DNA from: Nitrosopumilus sp.
GTDB taxonomy: Archaea; Thermoproteota; Nitrososphaeria; Nitrososphaerales; Nitrosopumilaceae
NCBI GenBank assembly: GCA_965218785.1
Contig: OZ244650.1
Coordinates: 864,001-928,000 of the forward strand
Direction of reading: 5' to 3'
DNA: 64,000 bases
Positions 10,955 to 21,462 of this stretch are shown here, in pieces. The first letter of the stretch is position 1. Each line of letters begins with the position of its first letter. The position numbers were made by a program, and so were the translations under genes. A model generated the notes under the pieces. The model searched no databases and had not been told where the DNA came from. It saw nothing but the letters and a program-made list of their open reading frames with translations.

Positions 10955-12058
10955 ATGATTTCAGGCTTTGCCACAGCAGAGGGAACCAGAAAATTTGCAG
11001 AAGATTCCGGTGTACCCAAAGCCAACTATAACACATTTGAAAAGCTGAGCCTCTCTAACGTAGGAATGGGAACATACCTTGGGGAACCGGACACAAACAC
11101 TGACGAACTGGTAAAAAACGCCGTAAAACAGTCTATTACATCTGGAATCAACATTGTGGATACTGCAATAAACTACCGCTCCCAAAAGGCAGAGCGCTCT
11201 GTTGGTAAAGCAGTATCTGAGCTGATACAAGAGAAAAAGATCACACGTGATCAGATATTTCTAAGCAGTAAAAACGGATACGTCACAAATGATGCAGATA
11301 TCAAGCTGGAGTTCTGGGAATATGTAAAGGAGGAATACACCCAAAAAGGAATCATCAAGGAAGGTGACATTACATCAGGGTACCACTGTATGACTCCAAA
11401 ATTTCTCTCTGATCAGCTGGATCGCAGCCTGAAAAATTTGGATGTGGACTGTATCGATCTGATGTACCTGCATAACGCAGTTGAGGGGCAGATAAAGGAC
11501 GTTACAGCAGAGCAGCTTTTAGGCAAACTAGAATCCGCATTCAAGTTATACGAAGAAAAACGCGCTGAAGGCAAGATCAGATTTTACGGAATGGCCACAT
11601 GGGAGTGCTTTAGGGTTCCCAAAGAGAATCCGCAGTACCTCTCACTTGAAAAGATGGTCCAGCTGGCGCGAAGATTCGGCGGTGAACACCACGGATTTCG
11701 ATTTATCCAGCTGCCATTTAACCTGTCATACGACCAGGCACTGCTGGCAAAAACCCAGGAATTTGATTGGAATTCCGTATCTGTTCTGGATGCCGCATCA
11801 AGACTGGGAGTCGGTGTGTTTACCAGCGTTCCATTTATGCAAGGACGGCTGCTGGCACCAGGGGTAATACCTGATTTTGCAGACCTGGCACCGCCACTGC
11901 GCGCATTACAGTTCATACGCTCGTCTCCCGGTGTACTAGCTCCGCTGGTGGGTCAAAAAACACCCAAGCACGTCTCAGAGAACCTTGAGATTATGGGGAT
12001 TCCACCAATACCCGAAGAAGAATTTCTGACACTTGTAAAAAGGCTCACCTCTTCCTGA
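10955..12058 (+). CDS. Aldo/keto reductase
   Basis: GMGTY, DTAINY, SSKNG and IDLMYLHN motifs. Confidence 0.92.
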   Translation: MISGFATAEGTRKFAEDSGVPKANYNTFEKLSLSNVGMGTYLGEPDTNTDELVKNAVKQSITSGINIVDTAINYRSQKAERSVGKAVSELIQEKKITRDQIFLSSKNGYVTNDADIKLEFWEYVKEEYTQKGIIKEGDITSGYHCMTPKFLSDQLDRSLKNLDVDCIDLMYLHNAVEGQIKDVTAEQLLGKLESAFKLYEEKRAEGKIRFYGMATWECFRVPKENPQYLSLEKMVQLARRFGGEHHGFRFIQLPFNLSYDQALLAKTQEFDWNSVSVLDAASRLGVGVFTSVPFMQGRLLAPGVIPDFADLAPPLRALQFIRSSPGVLAPLVGQKTPKHVSENLEIMGIPPIPEEEFLTLVKRLTSS

Positions 12059-12107
12059 TGTATATGGAAAGATAATAAATTAGGCAAATGTCTGGTAAAT
12101 ACGTAAT

Positions 12108-12473
12108 TTGTCTGATAAAATATATGACTATACTGGCATCTGTGATTCCATCTTATCCATTGATCCGAAAATCCGATTCGCAGGCGTGATCAACGAACGT
12201 GGCAGGCTGGTGGCAGGAGGCATGAAAGAGAATGTAAAACCGCTAGAGACAGAAAAAGACGATGAGATGATCTTCATGGAGCTTGCATTACGTGTAAAAA
12301 TGAGAAAAGAGTTTGATAAGCAGCTTGGTCCTGTGAACTTTGCCATGGCCTCACGCCAGCGCGCCCTTGCAATTAGCGTCATACTCAACGATGACATCCT
12401 GTATGTGGTATCAGAACCCGATGCCGATTATGGTTCCCTCCCAAAGAAGATTCTTGGAATAGTTGATGCGTAA
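12108..12473 (+). CDS. Thaumarchaeal roadblock-like protein (DUF6659-type)
   Basis: IRFAGVINERGRLVAGG...LGPVNF pattern. Confidence 0.8.
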   Translation: MSDKIYDYTGICDSILSIDPKIRFAGVINERGRLVAGGMKENVKPLETEKDDEMIFMELALRVKMRKEFDKQLGPVNFAMASRQRALAISVILNDDILYVVSEPDADYGSLPKKILGIVDA

Positions 12474-12554
12474 TTGTTTCTGTTTATTGGACGCATCTGT
12501 CATCTGAAAACCTGCTGACTCAATCTATAAATAGAATCCACCTATGGAAAATTT

Positions 12555-12701
12555 GTGCCAGTGGATCCCGTTTGTGGAATTGAACTTGATGAGGATATCG
12601 CATTACTACACGAGCATGACGGCAAAAAGTTCTATTTCTGCTGTAACGGCTGCAGGCGCATCTTTGTCAAAAAACCCCGCAAGTACAAAAACAACACCTA
12701 G
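12555..12701 (+). CDS. YHS/TRASH metal-binding protein (48 aa, not in the ORF track)
   Basis: GTG start; MPVDPVCGIELDED...KFYFCCNGCRRIFVKKPRKY. Confidence 0.9.
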   Translation: MPVDPVCGIELDEDIALLHEHDGKKFYFCCNGCRRIFVKKPRKYKNNT

Positions 12702-13642
12702 ATTGGAAACGCCCCGCACATTCTACAGAATCTGGAATCACCGACGTTATACCTGCAGTATGGACAGGATTCATCCGTGTTTTTGCCTGTTGGTACCCCG
12801 AATAATTTTTTAAAAATCTCGTAATAATGCATTGATTCCACGCTTTTGATGATTATGCCGTCGTTTTTCTCCACGGTCAGCTTTTTTTCAATGTATGACT
12901 CTGTATTTATTATCGATTCAAACAGGCCCGTCAGCCCGGCTGTTCCGGCGCCGTCCTGCATGGGTGATTTTCCCCTCCATGCGATCTTTGGGGGGATGTG
13001 TTTCTCAAACGTCTTGCGTAAAATCCACTTGCCGAATCTTTTTTCATTCTCATCTTTTACCTTCAGGTTTGCTGGGATGCTGCTGGCAATCTCTTTGATT
13101 GCATCGTCTAAAAATGGCGATTCGATGTTGACTCCCATGGCACCTGCTATCTTTTGTGCTGGAAAATGCATTACCGAGCAGACACGTTTTATCTCCTCTT
13201 CTAATTTATCTTCTGGTGCGTTGATCATAAAGCTATACCCTGCAAACAGCTCATCTGCCCCGTCTCCTGTAATGATGCCCCGCTCGCCGTTTTCCTTTGC
13301 CCACTTTACTGCCAAATACATTACCACGCTGTTGCGGATCTCAATATCGTTGAAGTTTTTTAAAATGCTGATCGTACCTTCTACTGCCTCTAGGATTGCC
13401 GCTGTTTTGACGCTGTAAATTGACAGGGGCAGCTGCATCTCTTTTGAAGCCATCTGGCAGTACGTCAGATCCGTTGAGACAAAATCCTCTGCAATCACCG
13501 CCACCGCCTTTGGGCGTCTCTCCCTTAGAAAATACGCTATGATGGAGCTATCAAGCCCGCCTGACAGTGAAATCAGGTTTGAGCTGCATGCGTTGCAGGA
13601 CTCTTTTAACGCGCTGTACAGTTTCTCGGAGATTTCATCCAA
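12698..13642 (-). CDS. Asparagine synthase C-terminal-domain (PP-loop) family protein
   Basis: LSGGLDSS, TGDGADELFAGY, KWILR; C-terminal CPYC..CRMC; likely TTG start MDEISEK. Confidence 0.88.
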   Translation of the reverse strand: MDEISEKLYSALKESCNACSSNLISLSGGLDSSIIAYFLRERRPKAVAVIAEDFVSTDLTYCQMASKEMQLPLSIYSVKTAAILEAVEGTISILKNFNDIEIRNSVVMYLAVKWAKENGERGIITGDGADELFAGYSFMINAPEDKLEEEIKRVCSVMHFPAQKIAGAMGVNIESPFLDDAIKEIASSIPANLKVKDENEKRFGKWILRKTFEKHIPPKIAWRGKSPMQDGAGTAGLTGLFESIINTESYIEKKLTVEKNDGIIIKSVESMHYYEIFKKLFGVPTGKNTDESCPYCRYNVGDSRFCRMCGAFPI

Positions 13643-13821
13643 TATCCCATGAATGGTCTTGAAATTAAAATAGATATGCCTGATATCATGAATAACGTGA
13701 TAGATTCTAGTCACACGCAAATATGAGATCAATTTTATCAAGCCAGGAACATCTGATCATATGGGCATCTTATCGGCTACACCGTGTAAACTTTAAATTC
13801 TTAACCAAAACCTTGGGAATC

Positions 13822-14238
13822 ATGCTGCTTCCAGCGGAGATCGAATCCAAGACCCTGATTCCCGCACTGCGGGCAATTCTTGCAAAAAAATTAGCCGAGG
13901 ATCACAATATCCGGGAAGAAGAGATCTCAAAGATGCTCGGTGTCACACAGGCAGCAGTCAGCAACTACATTCGTGGAACAAGGGGTGATCCGTCCCTGAT
14001 TGTAAAACTCTTGGCAGAAAAACAGGTTGCAACCATGATTACCGAGCTAAGCGACAGCCTCTCATCGGATATGGCCTACACCCCGTCAAGCCTTTCAAAG
14101 TTCATCGGCATGTGTAATTATATAAAGTCCAGTCTGTTCATATGTGAGATACATCACAACCTGGAATCAAACATTGATGAACAGGTGTGCAAGGAATGCG
14201 AAAACATGCTTCTTAAAGGACCTGGAAGCGTCTACTAG
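13822..14238 (+). CDS. Conserved archaeal HTH transcriptional regulator
   Basis: MLLPAEIE..PALR; LGVTQAAVSNY..G.RG; CEIH. Confidence 0.88.
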   Translation: MLLPAEIESKTLIPALRAILAKKLAEDHNIREEEISKMLGVTQAAVSNYIRGTRGDPSLIVKLLAEKQVATMITELSDSLSSDMAYTPSSLSKFIGMCNYIKSSLFICEIHHNLESNIDEQVCKECENMLLKGPGSVY

Positions 14239-14543
14239 TTTTTATTTAAAATAATCTCTATAGTCGATGTCATCCTGCCAATCCCCGCTGCCTCCTCCGT
14301 ATCTAGTGTGATCTTTTGAATGCTGGAGTTTCCACTCAGCATTTTTTCTGTAATTATGTTTGCTACTGCCACTGCGTTTGGAATCGAACCCCCGCTTGCC
14401 CTGAGAACGACCTTGCTCTTGCTTCCCAGCATTGATATAACATCGACTGCTACCTGCATTACTGGTTCATTTCTAATTTTTACGATGATATCCTTGGATT
14501 CGTCAACCTGCTCGTGATCCTGCAGATTAGTTGTTTCTTCCAT
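14235..14543 (-). CDS. albA: Alba chromatin protein
   Basis: VVLRASG.SIPNAVAVA and STIEIIL. Confidence 0.85.
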   Translation of the reverse strand: MEETTNLQDHEQVDESKDIIVKIRNEPVMQVAVDVISMLGSKSKVVLRASGGSIPNAVAVANIITEKMLSGNSSIQKITLDTEEAAGIGRMTSTIEIILNKN

Positions 14544-14599
14544 GAGCATTATCAACAATCAACAGGTTTTTCTTCTTTTAAGTTTTATCGACAAATGAT

Positions 14600-15079
14600 T
14601 CATTTTTCAAAGTATTCAATCGGAATATTCTGATAATCACCGTTTGGAAGCACCCTTCTAATGGTGATTGGGATTACCCTTTGTTCAAGCTCTTCCATCG
14701 AAATATCCAGTGAAATTCTTGCATCTTTTGGAATCGGGATAAATGGCGGCGCCCCCTGGGATAGCTGCAATGCCCTGGCACCCATAATTCTGGCTTTTTC
14801 AAATCTTGTCAACGTGGGTGGTCCGATTGTTATCTTTCCCTTTTCGCATGGAATCTCGACTGGTTCATGCTCTACTACTCTCTCGACTATCTCCCTGTCT
14901 TCGATCTCTTTGATTCTTTTTTCAAGGTTTTCCTGTTCCTTTTCTGTCAGTGTTTCTACCCCTTTCTTTTTCTCTATTATTTTTCGATAAGTATCAAGTG
15001 CCTTGTTTAATCCGACATTTTCTTCTATTACAGGTTCGGACTCCTCTACAACCAGCTTGGTTTTTTTAGCATCAGACAA
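14600..15079 (-). CDS. rpoK: DNA-directed RNA polymerase subunit K (Rpo6)
   Basis: LTRFEKARIMGARALQLSQGAP...PITIRRVLP. Confidence 0.96.
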   Translation of the reverse strand: MSDAKKTKLVVEESEPVIEENVGLNKALDTYRKIIEKKKGVETLTEKEQENLEKRIKEIEDREIVERVVEHEPVEIPCEKGKITIGPPTLTRFEKARIMGARALQLSQGAPPFIPIPKDARISLDISMEELEQRVIPITIRRVLPNGDYQNIPIEYFEK

Positions 15080-15652
15080 GTAAATTATTTTTCCTTAAAA
15101 ACGTTATTTAACTGCTCGCTTCATTGGTATGGCTGTTATCATTTCTCTTGGCTGGTATCTCAATGTGGGTCGTCTTTTGGCACGATATCATATGCAGATC
15201 CAAACAAATCTCAAACCAGTATCGTTTTTCGATGTTTCATCATAGGCACCATTAGTTGGGGATGAATAAAACCCCTAGCTTTTTTCATGTTTATAGAGGA
15301 TAATTCAGAATTCTACAAAGTTAGAATTTCAGACAGGCGGAATTTTTCAATCCGGAGAAGATCGTGATTTCATGTCTGATTCAGGCATTAATTCCATATC
15401 ACGATGATGTTACAGAACCTGGAAGATAAACAAATATTCATTTGGTCTTGGAATATTATACAATGTTTACAATAATGAACAAGGTGATATCTGAATATTT
15501 TAGGTTAACAAAATTCAGGTGGGATACTGCCAGTTATTTTTAAAAATCCTGCAAAAATCTTCAGGAACTTGAGCACCGCCGGTGTAAATGATCACACATC
15601 AATTGCTTTCCATATCGAAAATAATTTTAAGTAGGTCTGGTTTGCCTTAATC

Positions 15653-16024
15653 ATGACAGAGGGAAAATTTGCAACATCTGTGACTTGCATGGATGGAAGG
15701 ATTCAGACGCCTTTAGCGACCCGGATTAAAGGGAATTTTCCAGTTGATTTTGCTGATGTAGTCCCCGAGCCGGGAATTGACAAGATAATATCTGAAAACC
15801 AAAATCTGGACCCTATTAAAAATAAAATTGACATTTCAATTAATGCACATAAATCCGAACTAGTTATGGCCTCTGGTCACTTTGACTGTGCAGGCAATCC
15901 GGCATCTGATGAGGAGCACATTGCACAAATCAAAAAAGGCGTAAATGTTATCCCCACGTGGAATCCCAGTGTCAAAGTCATCGGTGTAGGGGTTGATGAT
16001 TCCCGGAATGTAAATCTTCTCTGA
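15653..16024 (+). CDS. Small beta-class-like carbonic anhydrase
   Basis: CMDGR and GHFDCAG zinc ligands. Confidence 0.8.
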   Translation: MTEGKFATSVTCMDGRIQTPLATRIKGNFPVDFADVVPEPGIDKIISENQNLDPIKNKIDISINAHKSELVMASGHFDCAGNPASDEEHIAQIKKGVNVIPTWNPSVKVIGVGVDDSRNVNLL

Positions 16025-16026
16025 TC

Positions 16027-17301
16027 ATGAATCCAATCAACGAAAAATTATCTCGACTTTCAAAGACTGCCGGTCCCGGAGTATTATTTGCGTGTACTGC
16101 AATCGGCGTCTCCCACCTAGTCCAGTCCACCAGGGCCGGGGCTGATTTTGGTTTGATGATTTTGGGGTTTGTGATTTTAATAATCCTGTTGAAATACCCT
16201 TTCTTTGAGTTTGGTTCCAGGTATGCCAATTCCACCCAGACAAGCATCATTGATGGATACAAAAAGCTCGGCAGGTCTGCCCTGTGGTTGTACTTTCTGC
16301 TGACTGTCGCCTCGATGTTTTTTGTAACTGGCGCTGTCGGATTTGTAACTGCCGGATTTTTTGAGAATCTTTTTGGAATTGATTTTCTTGGGGAGTGGAC
16401 TGTGGGCATATTATTTGCAGTATGTGTTGCAATACTGGCAATAGGAAAGTTCAATGTTTTTGATAGTCTGATTAAGATTATCGCAATGGTATTGCTGATA
16501 TCCACAGTCACTGCATTCTTGTTTGCACTGTATAACGGTCCAATAGAGCCCGTATCTGGATTCGAGCCAAAAGATCTTTGGGATATCTCTGGCATCTTTT
16601 TCCTGCTTGCATTAATGGGCTGGATGCCTACGGCAGTAGATCTTTCCAGCTGGAATAGTTTGTGGACATTGGAGAGAATGAAGCAGACAAACTACAAACC
16701 AAAACTCAAAGAAACCCTGCTTGAATTTAGATTGGCTTATCTGGCTACCGGGATTCTTGCAGTGATGTTTGTCGTACTTGGATCGTTTATCTTCTTTGGC
16801 TCAGGTGAGGAACTTCCAAACAATAATTCGGATTTTGCACACAAGGTGGTAACATTATACACTGAAACAGTCGGAGACTGGAGCTACATCATAATTGCAG
16901 CTTCTGCATTTACCGTGATGTTTGGAACCATAATTGCAGTATTGGATGGATACTCGAGGTCCCTGCAGAAAACAGTCGAGCTGATGTTTACTACAAAAGA
17001 AGGTAAAACGCGCACAAAATTCCGTGTGTTATATGTGATTTTCTTGGTTGTTTTATCCGTTGGTTCCTTTCTAGTAATATTTCAATTTGGAAGCAATCTT
17101 CGGGAACTAGTTGACTTTGCCACCGTGCTGTCATTTGTAATTGCCCCCATAATCGCCATCTTTAATTTCAGACTGGTTACTGGAAAATTCCTTGCAAAAG
17201 AACACCAGCCGTCTGTTCTGTTAAAAGTTCTAAGTGTTGCAGGAATTATCTTTTTGAGCGGATTTGCAATCTTTTTTTTAATTATTAAATTCCTTTCATG
17301 A
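16027..17301 (+). CDS. Nramp-like divalent metal transporter
   Basis: GPG....AIGVSHLVQSTRAGA, LMGWMP; about 11 TM. Confidence 0.85.
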   Translation: MNPINEKLSRLSKTAGPGVLFACTAIGVSHLVQSTRAGADFGLMILGFVILIILLKYPFFEFGSRYANSTQTSIIDGYKKLGRSALWLYFLLTVASMFFVTGAVGFVTAGFFENLFGIDFLGEWTVGILFAVCVAILAIGKFNVFDSLIKIIAMVLLISTVTAFLFALYNGPIEPVSGFEPKDLWDISGIFFLLALMGWMPTAVDLSSWNSLWTLERMKQTNYKPKLKETLLEFRLAYLATGILAVMFVVLGSFIFFGSGEELPNNNSDFAHKVVTLYTETVGDWSYIIIAASAFTVMFGTIIAVLDGYSRSLQKTVELMFTTKEGKTRTKFRVLYVIFLVVLSVGSFLVIFQFGSNLRELVDFATVLSFVIAPIIAIFNFRLVTGKFLAKEHQPSVLLKVLSVAGIIFLSGFAIFFLIIKFLS

Positions 17302-17470
17302 TATTTTTTGATTCCATGACCTGCATTTACTTGAAACTCATGTATCTTTTTCCGAATTTCACAGGGTTCTGGACTTGATTCCTCATGGACTGACAACACG
17401 TGGAATAACTGATGGATAATCTAGTCATATTTGAATAAATATACAAAGTTATATAAATCTCTTAAGATAA

Positions 17471-18136
17471 ATGTTATATATGAATACACAGTCAATATCG
17501 ATGTTCCGAGATGCCAGAATCATAAACATGGCCAAAGACGGAAACACGATATCCGGAATAGCACGTCAAACAGGCATTCCATTTCCAACAGTCAGACGTA
17601 CAGTTTATGCATTTGAAGATATTGGGATTATCAGATCTACAAAGATTGGAAAAACAGTAACTGTGAGGATAAACAGAGATCACCCTGTTGTAAATTCCAT
17701 GATCGAAACTGCCAGATGGATTGATACGGTAATATGGGATCCCAATACTTTCATAGTAAATATTTGTGAGGAAAACAAAATTAATTATGCCTTTGTTGGA
17801 ACCAGTAAAATCCGATATACCAAAAACGAATCACGAAATATGGTTCAAATTGCCATTGAAAAAAAAGATTTTGAAAGAGCAAAAAAGATAATTCAGCATA
17901 AATTCAGGAATACCGGTATTGAAACCACAGATGACCCACGTAAAACTATTGGTTATGCAATGTCTATAATATACATTAAATTCTTTCCAGTTGAAAAAAT
18001 AAAATTTAACGTGTATGAAACATGGACGGATTCTGGTAAAGTAATCCGGGCAAGGGTTGCAGATGATTCTACTGAAAGAAATGCAATGAGGAACAGTTCA
18101 AAGGTAGATCGAATGTTTATCCCATCTTCAATTTAA
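17471..18136 (+). CDS. wHTH protein with AbiEi-like C-terminal domain (putative type IV antitoxin)
   Basis: ISGIARQTGIPFPTVRRTV wHTH, then YAFVGTS...VQIAI; 17 bp upstream of a nucleotidyltransferase. Confidence 0.6.
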   Translation: MLYMNTQSISMFRDARIINMAKDGNTISGIARQTGIPFPTVRRTVYAFEDIGIIRSTKIGKTVTVRINRDHPVVNSMIETARWIDTVIWDPNTFIVNICEENKINYAFVGTSKIRYTKNESRNMVQIAIEKKDFERAKKIIQHKFRNTGIETTDDPRKTIGYAMSIIYIKFFPVEKIKFNVYETWTDSGKVIRARVADDSTERNAMRNSSKVDRMFIPSSI

Positions 18137-18153
18137 TGAGTTTCAACTGAGCA

Positions 18154-19125
18154 ATGAGAAAAGAAATGAAGGAAAAGATAGAACGAACGGAAATTGAGTC
18201 CAAGATATGGGTACCAGAAGCATTACGTTTTGGGAATATTTTGGGATCAAATGGAATAAAATATGCAATCTTTGGTGCAGGTGCATTGGCAATTCAAAAT
18301 GTCATGATGAGACCTACAATAGATATTGATTTTGTAGTAAAGGATTATGATATAGCCGTTTCAGTCATGCTAGAACAGCCAAATCTCAAATCAAGTAATC
18401 TTGAAAAAGAGAGAGATGGGATTCAAGTGGCTGATTTCTATTTTAAATCTGGAATTACCATCCAAATATGGGACAATAACATGTACTCACTCCCAATGAC
18501 TGAGGATTCATGGAGGCGTATAGTATTCAAGCCTGTAACTGGATATTCCATTTATAGTATCAGTATGGAGGATCTGATTGTTTCCAAAGTTGGGAGATCC
18601 ACTCAACAAATGACTGCAAGCAAATATGAGGCAAACAAGGATGTCCTAGACATTATTACAACAATGCAATATCTGACTAGACCTGATTTCAAATATGTTA
18701 TTCAAAGACTGGCAGAGGGAGCAAGAAGAGAAACTCTTGGAAAATCCTCTCAAACACATAACCTAAATTGGTATTTTGCAAAGGAAGTTGAAATTTATAG
18801 AAGATCAGCAGAATCTTTGGATCCTGCAAAAATAGGAAAATTTGTATCATCTGTACTGGTTCAATCAAAATCTTCCAATATGGAATATACCATGCTGCAC
18901 AGTATTAGAAAAGGAAAAAGCCTAAAGAAATTCAAATCTGATTTTATGCTGGATGAAAAAAATTATTCCGTATTATTGGCAAGATGGGATTCCTTCTTGG
19001 AAATTGATGGTGAGAATGTCAAAGTAACTGCAAAACAAATTCAGGATTATACTAAATTATTAAAGCCTGAACAAGTTTCAGATTATGCTAAAAAATTGAT
19101 ATTTTCAGGGAAACACCCCGCTTGA
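18154..19125 (+). CDS. Nucleotidyltransferase, AbiEii/MenT (DUF1814/DUF6036)-like putative toxin with a long C-terminal extension
   Basis: YAIFGAGAL, RPTIDID, EDLIVSK and KDVLDI motifs. Confidence 0.78.
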   Translation: MRKEMKEKIERTEIESKIWVPEALRFGNILGSNGIKYAIFGAGALAIQNVMMRPTIDIDFVVKDYDIAVSVMLEQPNLKSSNLEKERDGIQVADFYFKSGITIQIWDNNMYSLPMTEDSWRRIVFKPVTGYSIYSISMEDLIVSKVGRSTQQMTASKYEANKDVLDIITTMQYLTRPDFKYVIQRLAEGARRETLGKSSQTHNLNWYFAKEVEIYRRSAESLDPAKIGKFVSSVLVQSKSSNMEYTMLHSIRKGKSLKKFKSDFMLDEKNYSVLLARWDSFLEIDGENVKVTAKQIQDYTKLLKPEQVSDYAKKLIFSGKHPA

Positions 19126-19192
19126 TCTCCGTACGGTAAAAACAAGCCGGTGATTTAAAACGTTATATAATCAGACCGTCTTAAAGTACGAA

Positions 19193-19591
19193 TTGGACAT
19201 CTCATCGGTATCCCGAAAACAGCTGGTTTTGGAAATCAGAGGAAAGGCAAAGATCTCCTGCGATCTAAAGTCCCACCTGTCCCCGAGAACAGTTGGAACC
19301 ATCATGAGATCCCTGCCGCTAGAGGGGAATGCCCATCAGTTGGGAAAAAGCATCTTATATTTTGAAACCGTGATTGATTCTGGCATTGAGAGGGCAAGAT
19401 CAGAATTCAAAAAAGGCGATGTTGCCTTTTTACCCTCTACTGGAAGTATCTGTTTTTTTATACATGATGTGAGATCTGCAAAGACCATGACGCCCATTGG
19501 GACGCTGGGGGGAGATACTGATGTATTAACTGATGTAAAGTCCGGAGATACTTTTTGCATCTATGAGGATGTTGGGGATGATACCATTTGA
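19193..19591 (+). CDS. Cyclophilin-like fold protein (DUF369-type)
   Basis: LSPRTV..IMRSLP, GDVAFLP.TGSICFF. Confidence 0.8.
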   Translation: MDISSVSRKQLVLEIRGKAKISCDLKSHLSPRTVGTIMRSLPLEGNAHQLGKSILYFETVIDSGIERARSEFKKGDVAFLPSTGSICFFIHDVRSAKTMTPIGTLGGDTDVLTDVKSGDTFCIYEDVGDDTI

Positions 19592-19878
19592 TACAAATGA
19601 TGCCCTGAATAACCGCCTACGCGCTTTACGATTCCCTTAACTATGGATTCCTTTAGGAATGCATTGGCAGCTGAAGTTTTGACTCCCATCTGTCTTGCCA
19701 GATCCTGGACTGTGAGTACCTTGGAATTTTGAATAATCTTCATTGCCTGCTGCTCGTTTACCATTACTGTGATCTCTGCCTTTCTTGGCCCGCTTTCACC
19801 CTTGTCTTTTTTTGATTTTTTAGAGTCTTTACTGTCTTTTTTGTTATCTGACTGTGTCTGCTTTTTTCCCCCGCCCAT
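19561..19878 (-). CDS. rps25e: 30S ribosomal protein S25e
   Basis: MGGGKK...LTVQDLARQMGVKTSAANAFLKE; start is internal to the 227-aa ORF. Confidence 0.85.
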   Translation of the reverse strand: MGGGKKQTQSDNKKDSKDSKKSKKDKGESGPRKAEITVMVNEQQAMKIIQNSKVLTVQDLARQMGVKTSAANAFLKESIVKGIVKRVGGYSGHHLYQMVSSPTSS

Positions 19879-19994
19879 AAATTGAGAAAAAAATATTCCT
19901 CTTATAAACGATGAATCATTTTTAAAATGATTTCCCTGCTTTTTGGGCGATCTTTTCTTTTCAACTATAAATAACATCCTGACCTTTTGATTGT

Positions 19995-20207
19995 ATGGGA
20001 ATTGTCTCAAAAGGAGCAAAATGCAATGTTGAGGGATGTGACAAGGACGGCGCCCGATCCCTGAATACAACCAGGGTTGAAAACGCGGGACTGCGAGTAA
20101 ATTCCACAGGCAAGAAAACCGTTCTCTGCAAGGAGCACTATAAGGAGTGGAAGAAGGAATCCAAAGATGACCGGGAACTTGAACGTGCCAGATTTGACAA
20201 GTTTTAA
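19995..20207 (+). CDS. Conserved small zinc-binding protein
   Basis: CNVEGC...LCKEHYKEWKK. Confidence 0.8.
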   Translation: MGIVSKGAKCNVEGCDKDGARSLNTTRVENAGLRVNSTGKKTVLCKEHYKEWKKESKDDRELERARFDKF

Positions 20208-21292
20208 TCTCTCTTGATTCTGGCTCCATCCGTAGGATTCTCAAAGTAATCCCTGCTTAGTTTGTCATATAACGCCCCTAATTTTTTATACAGCCTTTTT
20301 GGTTTGCGTGTTTTTTGGTTGCTTAGCACGTATAACGCAAGAATGGGAAACGCAATTGTCGCATCTGCGTATACGGTTACCATTCCCTTATGCGCGTCTT
20401 GAACCTTGCCCCAGCTTTTCCCCTCCTGTAGTGTCGCACCAGACAGTCCCCCGGTGTCTGGCCGTGCATCAGTGATTTGTATTATGTAGTCCTGCCCCCC
20501 GTCGTCCCTTCTTAAAATCTGATCTAGTAGCGGGCCTGTCTGCTGTGCCGTATTTTTTGGAACGCCCCCGCCCAGCTCTACGATTCCTGATTTTTTCGAA
20601 TCATAGATAATTGCGGCCTGCTCGATAATCTCCCTGACAAAATCCAGATTGTATGCCTTGCCATGTAATCTGTGAACTGCCAGATTCAGTGCCAGCGATG
20701 AATCCTTTATCGTTGAGACGTACACCGGAACATCATATTCGTATGCAGCAGTGACAAAACTTTTCTCCGGATGTTTTGCGTGCTCCTTGCTCATCTTTCC
20801 CATCAGATTACAAAATTCCGCCGTTGTAAACGGCTTTTCTGGAAAATCCCCGCCAAACATCTTTTGAATGGCCTGATCTTCTGCTTCTAGCGTCTCGTAA
20901 AATTTTATGTATACGTCTCTAATCCGAACAATCTCGTTTTGATACAGCTTCATGTCATCCACATCGGAGCTTCCCTGCTTTATGGGCAGACCCCGGGCAA
21001 AGTGATCCTCGTGATATACATTTGCCCCCGTCGTGATGATCCAGTCAACAAAGCCCCTTTCAATTAACGTCTTGATTATTCCTCCAAAACCCACCGGCGT
21101 CATCGCCCCTGAAACTGTAAGGCAGATTGTGGCATCCTCTTTTATCATCCTTGCAAAAAGCTTTGCAGCCTCGCCAAGACTCCTTCCGTTAAATCCTGTG
21201 GCTGCAAACACATCAACCAAGTCCTCGATGGTCATATCCGGATCTAGTTTTATGTGCGGGATGTCTTTTCCATGAAATTCATGCTGGTTCAC
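20204..21292 (-). CDS. dys: Deoxyhypusine synthase
   Basis: TTGAN, GGGVPKN, GGLSGATLQEGKSWGK, DATIAFP. Confidence 0.95.
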   Translation of the reverse strand: MNQHEFHGKDIPHIKLDPDMTIEDLVDVFAATGFNGRSLGEAAKLFARMIKEDATICLTVSGAMTPVGFGGIIKTLIERGFVDWIITTGANVYHEDHFARGLPIKQGSSDVDDMKLYQNEIVRIRDVYIKFYETLEAEDQAIQKMFGGDFPEKPFTTAEFCNLMGKMSKEHAKHPEKSFVTAAYEYDVPVYVSTIKDSSLALNLAVHRLHGKAYNLDFVREIIEQAAIIYDSKKSGIVELGGGVPKNTAQQTGPLLDQILRRDDGGQDYIIQITDARPDTGGLSGATLQEGKSWGKVQDAHKGMVTVYADATIAFPILALYVLSNQKTRKPKRLYKKLGALYDKLSRDYFENPTDGARIKRD

Positions 21293-21462
21293 TTTTAAAA
21301 AACAGCTTTATGCTGTAAATAATACTTGCGCAGGGATATGGGATTAATTGAGGTTCTGGGTATTTAGTGATGACATACAAATCATGAAATATGGATCTTC
21401 TCCAAATTGGATTTCATCTGACTTTTGCTTCCCGTTGAATGATTTTGAGGAAATTGTTCTTT

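Noticed and set aside
12544-12813. 89-aa ORF
   Set aside because: The real gene is the 48-aa YHS protein in another frame (12555-12701).
17365-19180. IS6-type ends around the wHTH-NTase pair (and isolated GGTTCT hexamers near 6219, 21352, 33976 and 47794)
   Set aside because: Only short tips match, and no partner IR or TSD was found, so these are not called.
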